A stretch of DNA of 64,000 bases from Blepharisma stoltei ATCC 30299. Lineage: Eukaryota > Protista > Ciliophora. Both the position numbers and the translations under genes were made by a program. How positions within the stretch are numbered: position 1 is the first letter of the stretch; each line of letters opens with the position of its first letter. Positions 37,401 through 49,963 of the stretch are shown here, in pieces. The stretch covers positions 62,001-126,000 of the forward strand of contig CBFDEM010000061.1 of assembly GCA_965603825.1 (NCBI GenBank), written 5' to 3'. Below the pieces are notes generated by a model. The model searched no databases. It was not told the DNA's origin and saw only the letters and a program-made list of their open reading frames with translations.

Positions 37401-40400
37401 CATTTTCTGGGTCTTGCTCAAGCTGTATCACAAATGCAGAAAATGATGGATCAGGAGGATGTAAATGCAAGACAAACACGTTTTGGAAGCCAGGTAATTG
37501 TGAAGTGTGTGATGTGCTTTGCTCTCTCTGTAAGCAAGCCAGCTATTTTGAATGCAGCAGCTGCACAACGGGAAGCCAGATGGTAAATGATATATGTTTA
37601 AATGACTGTCCTTATGGATATGGAGCTGCTTGCACAGTAGTCTCAACTGCAGTTATTGATTTATTATTTGATACTGATTTTCAAGGTTCTTATGGTATTT
37701 TTACTTCTGGGAGTTCTTCAAGCACCTATCAGCATTTTGTATCCCCTGAAGCAGTTGATCCTGTGCCTGCATATAAAAGAGGTCTTTATTTTGATGGGAG
37801 CATGCATTTAGAATCTTCATTGCCTGTTCCACTTTCTCACAGCTTTTCTATGGGGACGTGAAATTGGGATTTAACTGCTGACACTATTATAAGTAAAAAT
37901 CAGCTACAAATAATATCAGATGGATCTATGAGAGTAAAACTGGTAGATAATATGCAAGTAGAGTCAGTAATTTCATTAACACAAAGTACCCTGCTCTTAG
38001 CTTGAAATTACATATCAGCCGTAGTAGCTTACACATCAAGTACGACTATTTTCGAAATTTATATTAATGGAAATTTAGTGGACTCATTAAGCAGCCCTAA
38101 TTTGATTTTTCGAGACCAATCATCTACTAATTTGAAATTAGGAAAATATAGCAGTTCTGGATTTGTTGGGTTTTTATATTCTTTTCAGCTGTGGAATGTA
38201 AGAATTAGTGATTTTTTAAGTATCCTTAATGGCTTCTCATTTTGTGGGGCTGGATTAAAATCTTCTTGCTTATCAACTTGCTCATATTCAGCATATCAAG
38301 ATGGTGCTTCTTGCCTATCTTGCAGTTCATGCACTAAAGGATGTGTCAGAGGAAATTCCTGTAATATTTGTTATGATATATTATGCTTAGTTTGTTCAGG
38401 GTTTGGAGCAGGAAAATGCACTCAATGCATTTCTAGCGCTAATTTAGTTTCTGGCTCATGCTTTTGCAATCCTGGCTATGGGGCTTCTGTAGATGGACTC
38501 TCATGTGCGTTATGTCCAAGCGAGTGTTCTCTATGTACTATTTCGATCTATAATAAATGCACTGCGTGCATTTCAGGGTTTTTCTTGTTTGCCTCAACTG
38601 GACAATGCTTAAGTGAGTGTCCATCGGGGTATATTAAAAATTCAATCACAAATGCATGTGATTATGTATCAAATATAGGAATAAATCTGGATTTAACAGA
38701 CCAGATTCGTCTTGATACTGTTTCTGGGTTCAATATAGGTATTTATAATGCAAACACTTATCCAAATTTTGATGTTAATGATCCAATTCCAGCTTATAAA
38801 AGAGGCTACTATTTTAAATTCAGCAAATATTTATCATCGACTGTAATGATAGCACCATCATTTACAGTTTCTATATGAACTAAACCACTCTCAGGTGGGA
38901 TATTAGTAACAAAGTACTTCTCTAGCGATATTTTCAAGATAACTGTAGACCCATCTGGGTTTCCAGTCCTCTCAATAAAATTTTGCGATTCAACTTCTAC
39001 AACTTTAACAGCTTCTACAAGTATTTTAAACAGTTGGCATTTCTTAAGCTTTACAGGCCAAGTTCAGTCTGATGGAAAAACCATTATTAATCTCTACATC
39101 AATGCAGTATCTACTAACTCTATTACAACTACTTCTTTGACCTACTTTAAAGATACTACTTTAGGATACCTTTATATAGGAAACGATGAAACTTTTGGAA
39201 CTTCAGGACTTCACGGCTTTTTAGCACGATTAATAATATATAATTCGTATAGCAACCAAGCTGATGATTATGCTACTTCTTCATGTGTGACTGGCTGCTC
39301 TGCTTGTCCATCAAATCATTTGTGCTTAAGTGAATGTGACTTCGATAAATACCCTGATAGCTGCATAGCTTGCTCTAGCTGCAGCCAAGGATGTGTTAAT
39401 GGCTTATCATGCAACCTTTGTAGAGATAAAGAATGCGAATCATGCACTAACTTTTCAGGAGAATGCACAAGTTGTATTGCAAATGCTTATAAATCAGCTG
39501 GCCATTGCATGTGTCTTGCAATTGCATTATGAGTTCCCAACTTCCAAAGCTGTGAGCTTTGTCATTCAATTTGTGCATCTTGCTCTACACTGAAATTTAA
39601 TGGCTGCCTTACTTGTATATCAGGGTATTATCTGATTCAATCTTTGTGTATGTCATTTTGCCCTACTGGATATACTGTAAATGGTAGTAATTGTAATGCT
39701 AATCCTGCTTATACCAATTTTTTTGTATTTAATTTGATGCCGCATCAAATAAAAGATGTCGTTACTGATTTAAAGTCAAATATACCAGTACTTACAGGCA
39801 AAGATAATAGCTTTTATCCTGATTATGATGCAACTGATCCTATAGCAACTATTAATAGAGGTTATTATTTTACTGGCTCATCTTATATGCAGCTGCCTCC
39901 TTATGCAGGTACTACCACACCACTATTTACTTTTGCACCAAAATTTACTATAGCAGCTTGAATAAAACCAATAATAGGCACTGGGGTTATTTTTTCTAAG
40001 CAAGCTAATAGCGGATTATTTAAAAAATCGATCAGTCTTGAACTAATAAACAAATATCTATCACTTACTTTGACTCTAAAAGACTCATCTACAATTACTT
40101 ATACAAGCTCTAATCCCTCATTAGAGACTACCCTTTCTCAATGAAATTTTATATCAGCAATTTCCAGCATAAGCTCTACCCCTCAGCAAACTATAACTTT
40201 ATCTCTAAATGGAGCAAGCGATCTCTCAAGCGATTTAGCCCCAAGCTGGCTGATAGATTTAGAAAATTCGTTTTTAATAGCAATTGGGGCATGCTACTCA
40301 AGCCCTACATCTTTAATATCATTTTTTAATGGATTTTTATGGGATCTAAAAATCTATAATACACCAATAGCAGTCAGTAGTTTAGCTTCAAGTTCTTGCA

Positions 40401-43400
40401 ATTGATGCTCCATATGTCCTATTGATAATGGCAATGCTTGCATTGATCCTTGCGGTTTAGACAAATACTTGGATGGCAGCATCTGTGTAGCCTGTTCGCT
40501 TGGATGTTCTACAAATGGCTGCGTAAGAAGTGATAAAAGCTGCAACTTATGTAAAGACGTTATCTGCAAAGTATGTGACGATTACACAAATACATGCATT
40601 ACTTGCAAAACAAACGCAAATTTAGTAGGCACAAGCTGCCAATGCAATTCTGGGTATTATTGGAACACTATTAATGAAGACTGCGAATTATGTGATATTT
40701 CTTGCAAAACCTGCACATCATCTAGCTCTTTGGACTGCTTATCTTGTGCAGATGGATATTATAGTTCTTTAGGAGTTTGTAAAGTTGAGTGTCCTGTAGG
40801 ATATTCTTCTTCTCCAAGTGGATGTGTGCTGGCCAAAGAAAAAATTTTTGACTTAGACCTTAATACTCTGAATGGAGTCATTTATGATAAAGCAAGCTCA
40901 ATCCCAGTGATAACTGGGTCATCTGAACAATTTTATCCAGATTATGAAGCTGATGACCCTATCCCTGCTTATTTAAGAGGATTTTATTTTAATGGGCAAT
41001 CTTCAGTTTTAAGGCTGCCTGAGTATTCGACCTATACATCTCCAAATCTTCTAATTGGGACTACCTTTACAATTTCTATATGAATTAATACAGAAATTTC
41101 CTCTTCTGCTCTGTTATCGAAACATGATATTACTAACAATTTTTCAGTGATTTATTCAATCCTGCTAATAGGCAGCAAGCCAGCAATCTCATTGATTATA
41201 AATTCATCTCCTTTTATATTACAGTGCCAAACCTTGCTTAATAATTATGAATGAAGTCATATTGCATTTACACTAGAGCCAAATAGCGGCTATAATATAA
41301 TGTCAAGCTATATAGATGGGCTATCTGATTCCTCTGCAACTACAGGGTATGGAGCTTTTACTGATACAGTTTCTCATACTACAATTACTATAGGAGCCCA
41401 ACTTAGTTCTCAAGGACTTTATAATTATTATCAAGGCTTTATTTATAGTATCCAGATGTTTAATATAATAAAACCAATATCAAGCCTGTCTACTAAATTG
41501 TGTAATGAAAACTGCAATGTTTGCCCAACAAACCAAATCTGCATCCCAAACTGCAAAATAAATGAATATTGGAATGGGCCTGCTTATAATAAATGCTATA
41601 ATTGCAATAATAAATGCAAAAAGTCTTGCAGGGACTGACGAGACACCTGCTCACTCTGCAGTAATTTATTATGTGAAGACTGCGTTGGATATTCATCAGC
41701 AGAATGCTTAACTTGCACAGAAAATGCTATAAACCCTGACTCATGTATCTGCGATGATAATCATGTACTAGGAACTCCAAATAACACCACTTGCATTACT
41801 ATAGCACAAGGTGGGTTTAGAGGTCCTGATGGTGTCTTTTATCCCTGTCCAAACCTCTGCACTCTTTGTGAGTCTTCTACAAAATGCACAGCTTGTGTAG
41901 AAAACGCTAGCCTCAAAACCGATCTCTGCTATTGCAATCTAGGCTACAATGGCATTAAAGCTTGTGCATTGGTTCCTTTTTCAGCCAAACTTGCAGTTCT
42001 CTTTGATAATTCCCTCTCCCTTACCTTTTCAGAAAGCCTAGCAAAAGTTCTTACAGTCTATGATTTTATAGTAGTAATTGAAAAGCAAGGAGAAATTGCA
42101 TGTAAAATTGAGCAAGTAAATAGTACCTTTTATTATATTTCTTTGAACATAAAAGAGAAAATTTCTAAAGGCACCTTAGCTACATTTACATTTTTAGATC
42201 TAAAAGAAGTAAAATCAGTGTCTAATGGCATCTTAAATTCATCAGATTTTACTGTGATTTTGAATTCTTATGATCCTGATCCGTATTCCTCAGATGTTGA
42301 GGCAGTTACATCACAAGCAACGGCAATAACGCAAACTACAGTTGCTGCAGGTCTTGCGTTATCATTTATAAGCCCAAATCCAAGCTCTTTATGAAGCATT
42401 ATGAATACATTGCAAATTCTCAGCTATTTGACTTTATCTGGAATCCCTTTTTCTAGCAAAATAAGAGCGTTTCTGAATAATTTGAACAGTTTTAACTTAT
42501 TTCCAAATATGTTTTCTTATTTAATAGATGAGAAAGAAGGAAATACTCCATATTCTCAAGCTCAGGATTTTGGATATGAGACTGATCTAATTTTGATAAA
42601 TCAAGGAAATGATTTTACATTGATATTGGCTTCTATTGTAGCTCTACCATTAATATATTATTTTTCGAAATGCTCTCAGAGATGGATTGGTAGTAAGCTT
42701 AGAAAAACATTAAAATCATATCAATTTGCATTTTATTTGAGATTTTGGATTCAATGCTATCTTGAATTAGGAGCTGCAGTTAGTATAGGAATTATCGAAT
42801 TAAAGTTTATTAACGCAACACAAATAATCAATTTTATTATCTGTGCATCAGTCTGCATATTACTCATTATTACTCCAGGATTATTTTTTAGATTTTCCTA
42901 TAAAAATAAAAATCAGATCCTATTACATCAAAAAACATTTTTTGCCTCTTTTGGGTCACTATTTTATGAGTTTAGAACTGACCAAGAATTTCTCACAACC
43001 CAATATTACTTTGTATTTTTTCTAAGGAGGCTTATTTATATAGTAAACTTAGTCTACTTAAGAAACTACCCAGAAACAGAAGTTACCATTAATATTGTGC
43101 TTTCCTTAATGACTATCATGCACCTATTACTTTATTCACCTTTTAAAGACCAAATATCGCAATTAAGCAACTTAGTTTCTGAAATATTAATATGTATAAT
43201 AATGGGCTCCACAGCTGCTTATTTATTTAATCTTGAGTCAAATGTGATATCTAAAATTGAAAATTGTATTGTGATTATTATTGTCATAATAATAGGGGTT
43301 CAGCTGCTTGCTTCAATAACTATTTTTGTTAGGACTATATATGATTTTTTTAGAGCTAAGTTCAACACTGGAAATATCGACAAAGTAAAAATACTTCCGA

Positions 43401-43456
43401 TTCACAGCCAAATTGTGCAAAAAGTAAAGAAAGCTGATCAAAAAATTATTTTATAA
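34439..43456 (+). CDS. Giant LamG/furin-repeat multi-pass membrane protein, paralog E (~3,005 aa; 7 LamG-like modules)
   Basis: Signal peptide MLGIFILIAHAVLVLSACP. Eleven ORF fragments from 34418 to 43456 share one frame and are separated by TGA. The gaps read by hand had no TAA/TAG. Ends TAA. Confidence 0.9.
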
Positions 43457-43871
43457 TTTAATTTAGGAACCTTCATATTATTATATATGATACTTAAATC
43501 TAATAAAATTAATTTATATAACTTAGTGCTTAGAAAAGAATTAGAAAAATAGTAAAATAACTTTAGTATTGAATATAATAGCTTAGAGTAAATTGTGCTA
43601 ATATATTTAGACAATCTTAATTGTAATTATTATTCAATTTTTAGTTTAGAATACCTATAGTGAAGATATCAAACAAAACAACTAAAATAATTTCAATTAG
43701 AACAAAAATTGATCAAATTTAAATAAACTTATTTTCAATATACAATTTTTGATTTAATTGGAAATAATTATATTATATAATGACTTAGACAATATATAAT
43801 CAAATATTTCCTCAATAAAATTTTTTAGTTCTTAATATCTAATTATTGATTTGTTTCACCATGATGCCATA

Positions 43872-46800
43872 ATGAATTTTATTCTGATTATTATCTTCAA
43901 AGCTGTGCTCATCTGGTCATTTGGCCCACATGGCAACTATAATTGAGGAATAAAGCCTAGTCACTTTTATCTTAAACATAAAATTGACTACAAAAAAGCA
44001 AATCCTTCCCTATTTAGCTGAATTACTCAGAATATTTGTTTCAGCGTTTGCACAATACTAACCGAAGATAAGGCAAATTCGCTTGAAATGAATTTTTCAA
44101 GTGTTCAAGATTTAGCAGCTACAAATTTCTCATACTCAAATATTTCTCCTCAAAATTTGCTTATTCCAATCTATCCTTCATTTCGCGCTAAGCAATCCCT
44201 GATACTATCTCCCAATCAGGAATTTTATTTTGATGGAGCTTCAAGCATCATAGAAAACCTAAAATTTAAACTATATGATTATTTTAAGTGGGTTTTATCA
44301 ATAAATCCACTCTATCGAGAAAAAGTTTCAAATTCTCATATATCGAAGTCAAACATTTTTTCAGACTTTTATAATCCACCTTATCATTTAATTGTGCTTT
44401 ATGCATTTTTGAATTTTTTTATTTGTAAAATTCTGGATTTAGCAAATAGAGATGCCAGTCTCAATTTTCAGCTAATTACTATAGCTGGTCTCATAACACA
44501 AGTTTATTGCGGCTCTTTCTATTTCTCATACCAAAACATATTATTTTTGTCATATTGTCCTACAGGATATTTACAAAATACAAGCACATATACCTGCGAT
44601 TTCAATTTTCTTGTTACGCTTACCTTGACTTTAAATAATAAGATTATTCTCGACCAAGGAGGAGGGATTTTGGTAGGAAATTCGATAAGTAATACTTATC
44701 CAAATTATGATGCAAATGATCCTTATCCAGCTGAATCGAGAGGCTACTACTTTACATCTAATAGTTATTTAGCATCACCTCTTATGCTTGCTCCAACATT
44801 TTCAATTGCTATTTGGATAAAAGCCCTATCAGCAGGAGTAGTTCTAGTCAAACCTATACCAGCATACCAATGGTCTTTAGAAATTTTGCCCTCAGGATAT
44901 CCTATGCTTTCCCTACTTATGTCAGATTCTTCAACTACAATTTCAGTAGCAGGAAGTTCTAATGTTCTGGATGGATGATTCTTTGTTTCATTTGACGGAC
45001 ACATTAATACTGACGGGACCACAACAATAAGCTCGTATATTGATGGATCATTCTTACAATCTTTCACAACAGCAACTGCATTGTATATGCAAGACAGTAC
45101 TTCAGGAAATGCATATATAGGACATGATATCATTGGATTTACAGGCTTTATTTGGAAAGCGAGAATTTATTGCTTAAATAATTATTACTTAGATGAATGG
45201 CGAACATCAGGATGCACATCAACCTGCACAAAATGTTCAGCTGATTTAAGTTGTCCAAGTGATTGTCCACTAGACAAGTATATTGATGGCTCATCTTGTA
45301 AAGACTGTAAGACAAACTGTAATAAAGGATGCGTAAGTTCTGATACCTGCAATTTATGTTTGACTAAAGAATGTGCTACATGTACAGCATTCATAGGGAC
45401 AGGCTCATGCTTGACTTGCATTACGAATGCTGTTAGTGATGGAAATGGAGGTTGCACTTGCGACGCATATGCATTTTGGATATCTTTAACTGAATCATGT
45501 GAAAGATGTGATGTGCTTTGCCCGAATTGCCTAAAAACAACTTATTTTGAGTGCTCAGCTTGCTCAGGGAGCTATCAATTAGTTGGAAATGTCTGTCTAA
45601 ATGGCTGCCCTTATGGGTTTAGCGGGTCTTGCTTGCCTGTAACAACCCCTGTGATAGATAAGTCTTTCAATGTAGATTTTCAAGGCTTTTATGGAGTTTT
45701 GACAACAGGAACCAGCTCATCATCTTTTCAGTTTTTTAACACTCCAGAATCAGTTGACCCTATTCCTGCCTATATGAGAGGCTTATATTTTGATGGGAGT
45801 ACTTATCTTTTATCATCTATATCAATACTCCTTTCTCATAGCTTTTCTATTGGATTATGGCTATATGTAACAGCGAGTGGGGATATATTGGAAAAACAAA
45901 CTCGGCTTATTTTATCATCATCAGGGGCTACAGCTATTATGGAAGATCCTACCCAAGCCACAGCTTCTAGAGCTTTGTCTTCTGGCACAATACTTAGTGA
46001 TTGGAATTATTTGTCAGTTACTTTTGCATATTCATCTGGTAGTACAGCTATCACAATCTATGTAAACAGTGTTGTAGCTTCAACCCTGCCAGTTTCAAAT
46101 TATATTTATAGAGACCTTGCTTCCACAAACTTAATGGTTGGCAAAAGCAGCTCGTCTGGGTTTAAAGGGTTTATTAACTCCTTTCAGCTCTGAAATGTAC
46201 CAATCAGCTCTTTTTCAAGCTATATTAATGCTGTATGTGGATCAGGGCACGCTTGTTTATGGTCTTGTGACTTGTCTCATTTTTGAAGCGGATCTTCTTA
46301 TATATCCTGCAATTCATGCAGCAAAGGCTGTGTAAGAGCCGGAAATTGCAATGTCTGTGATGATTTATTATGCTTAATATGCACTGGTTTTGGATCAGGA
46401 AAATGCACTCAATGCGTTTCTAATGCTAGTATTATAGGCACAAATTGTCAATGCAATTCTGGATATTATTGGAATAATATTAATGAAAGCTGTGCTCTAT
46501 GCGATATATCATGCAAATCATGCACATCTGCTAATTGGTATGATTGCTTGACGTGTTATAATGGATTTTATATGGTTTTAGGAATTTGCTCTTCAAGCTG
46601 TCCATCAGGATATAATTCTTCATCTGCAGGTGTGTGTGTATTTTCTCAAGAAAAAATATTTGATTTAAATTTGAATACTCTGAATGGTATAGTGTATGAT
46701 AATGCAAGCTCAATTCCAGTTATAACTGGATCAGCAAAACAATTTTATCCAGACTACGAAGCCGATGACCCTATTCCTGCTTACCTAAGAGGCTTCTATT

Positions 46801-49238
46801 TTAATGGAGAATCTTCAATTTTAAGGATGCCAGAGTACTCAACCTATACATCGCCAAAACTTGTTATAGCCCCTACCTTTACTATTTCTATATGGCTTAA
46901 CACTGAAACGTCCTATTCTGCTATAATTTCAAAGCACGACATTTCTGAAAATTACTCAACGCTTTACTATATTTCTCTAATAGCAGGCAAGCCAACAATT
47001 TCTATTCTAATAAGCTCATCTGCATTTTTTTACACATCCCAAGCATCGCTTAATAATTATGAATGGAGCCATATTGTATTTACTTTGAAAATGAACAGTG
47101 GCTCTAATATAATTTCAAGCTATGCAAATGGGTTATTTGACTCTTCTACGACGACAGGATATGGAACTTTTAATGATGTAGGTCCTCATACCACAACGAC
47201 TATAGGAGCTCAAATTAGCTCTTCAGCAGTTTATAATTATTATCAAGGCTTTATTTATACTATTCAGATTTTTAATGCACTAAAACCTATATCAAGCCTA
47301 TCGACTACATCTTGTACTGAAATATGCAGTGTTTGTCCTATCAGCCAAGTATGCATACCTAATTGCAAAATAAAAGAATATTGAAGTGGCCCAGCTTATA
47401 ATAAATGCTATAATTGTGATATTAAATGTAAAAGCAGCTGCAGAGACTGACGAGATACTTGCTCGCTTTGTGATGATTTATTATGTGAATCCTGTAGTGA
47501 TTATTCAAGCTGTGAAACTTGTAAAGAGCATGCTATTAACCCTGATTCATGCGCCTGTGATGAAAACTATATACTTGATGATACCCAAAGTAATAAATGT
47601 ATTCCAATTGAGTCGGGCGGATTTAAAGGGGAAGATGGACACTTTCATAAATGTCCAAATTTATGCTCATCTTGTGAGTCTCTTACAAAATGCACAGCTT
47701 GTTTAAGTAATGCTAGTCTTAAAAGCAGCCTATGCTATTGCAATTTAGGATATAATGGGATAAATAGTTGTATTTTAGTCTCTTTTTCAGCAAAGCTTAC
47801 AGTTTTGGCTGATAACTCTTTATATCTGATTTTTTCTGAAAGTCTAGCCAAAAATCTCTCTACTTCAGATTTTGTTATAATAATTGGAAATCAAGGAGAA
47901 ATTTCATCTAAATTAGAAAAAATGAATGAAACATGCTACTATATTTCTTTAGCAATTACTGAGAAAATTTCCCAAGGTACTTTAGCTATTATTCAATTCT
48001 TAGATTTATCAAAAGTAAAATCGGTATCAAATGGCATCTTAAATTCATCAGAGATTTCTGCAAGCTTAAACTCATATGATCCAGAATCAAATTCGCCAAT
48101 TACTGAGTCAGTCTCATCTCAATCTAAAACAGCATCTCAAACAACTGTAGCTATAGTTGCTTCTATGTCAATTATAAATTCAAGTCCAAGCTCTTTATGA
48201 TGCCTGATGAACACTATGCAAATTCTGAGCTACATGACTTTATCAGGGATCCCTTTTTCAAGCAAAATGAGATCATTTTTGAATAATTTGAATTCTTTTA
48301 ATTTATTCCCTAACGTTTTCCCATATTTTATAGATAAAAGCAAAGGAAATACTCCATATTATCAAGCTGAAGAATTTGGATTTGACAATGATTTAATCCT
48401 AATAAATCAAGGAAATGATTTTACATTGCTATTAGGCTCAATTGCGGCTCTACCTTTAATTTTATATTTTTCTCGATGCTCTAATAGATGGATAGGTAAT
48501 AAATTTACAAAAAGATTGGGAGATTATCAATATGCCTTTTATTTTAGGTTTTGGATTCAATGCTATCTTGAGTTAGGAGCAGCTGCATGTATTGGACTTA
48601 CAATTTTTGAATTTAGCAATATTACACAAATTGCAAATTTTGCTTTGTGTTTAGGTCTTTGCATATTACTAATAGCTACCCCAGGTGCATATTTTTGGTT
48701 TTCTTATAAAAATAAAGCCCGTATCGAAACCCGTGATAAAGCATTTTTTGCCTCATTTAGCACATTTTTTTATGAATTTCGAACAGATAAAACACTGATA
48801 ACAACCCAATACTATTTTCTATTTTTTGCTAGAAGGCTAGTTTATATAATAAACTTGGTTTATTTGAGAGATTATCCACAAACCGAAGTGACTGTGAATA
48901 TTGTTCTTTCCTTTTTAACTATGATGTACTTAGCTTTGTGCTGGCCCTTTGAAGATCAAATTTTACAAATAGCCAACTTAGTGACTGAAATATTGATTTT
49001 CTTAATAATGAGCGCTACATCTGCTTATTTATTTAATTTTGAGCAAGAAGTTATAGAAGGGATTGAGGATTCTATTATCATCATTGTCCTAGTTATTATA
49101 GCAATTCAAACAATTTCTTCAATAATTATTTTTTCTAAAACATTATACCAAGCTATTAAAGAAAAACTTGTGAAGTCAGGAATTGTCAAAGAAAACAATA
49201 ATCCGCAATGTAATCGTATTAGAAAAATTCAAATATAA
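43872..49238 (+). CDS. Giant-family paralog F (~1,788 aa; degenerate first module plus 3 LamG-like modules; TM domain)
   Basis: With TGA=W the 44088 ORF extends upstream to MNFILIIIFKAVLIWS at 43872. Fragments 44088, 45081, 46548, 47805 and 48207 are in one frame. Ends TAA TAA. Confidence 0.86.
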
Positions 49239-49963
49239 TAATTAAGCAAAATGTGAAGCTTTAAATGTTTAAAAGATTATAATTTAGCTATAATGATAAT
49301 TATTTTCCGTTGAAAACCGATAAAGCTTAGGTTTTAGATGTTTGAGCTTAAAAGCAAAAAATAATCTGCTGGAGAGATCTAATAACATTTATATTTTAAT
49401 TGCAGGCTTTTATTTCGGATTTGTCAATACTCATTGAACTAAAAATAATCTTTTAATGAGATCCAATTTTAACAGGTTTTTATTTTCGAATTTGCCAATA
49501 TTCATTGGACTAAAAACGTTTAAAATAAAAATGGGTCTCATTTTAAGCATATTAAAGTAAAATAATTATTTCTTTAATAACTAGCAAACTAGCTTCAATC
49601 GTTTTTTAAATGTTTTTAAAATTATCAAAGTTATATATATTTATTTTAATATTTTAATTTAAAAGCAACTGAATAAAATAAGCGTTGTTAACCACCTGAG
49701 AAGCATTTCAAAAATCCCATTTTAAAAAATATTCGAATTTCATGAATTAAAATTTTTCAAATAAGTGATGCTTATTGTTATATATCGATTTTATACCTCA
49801 AACTTAAATTATATAAATTATTATAAAAAGGCTGAATAATTAAGCAAAATTGAATTATTTGGAATTTAAAGTAAGCTTCGACATATAAAAAATTAAATTA
49901 TATATAATTTCATATAAAATAATCAGTCTTTTGTCAAAATAAAAGCTAAAATGATAAGTTTTA

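Noticed and set aside
49370-49520. Degenerate local duplication in the 3' flank of F
   Set aside because: Real but AT-rich, imperfect and with no evident function.
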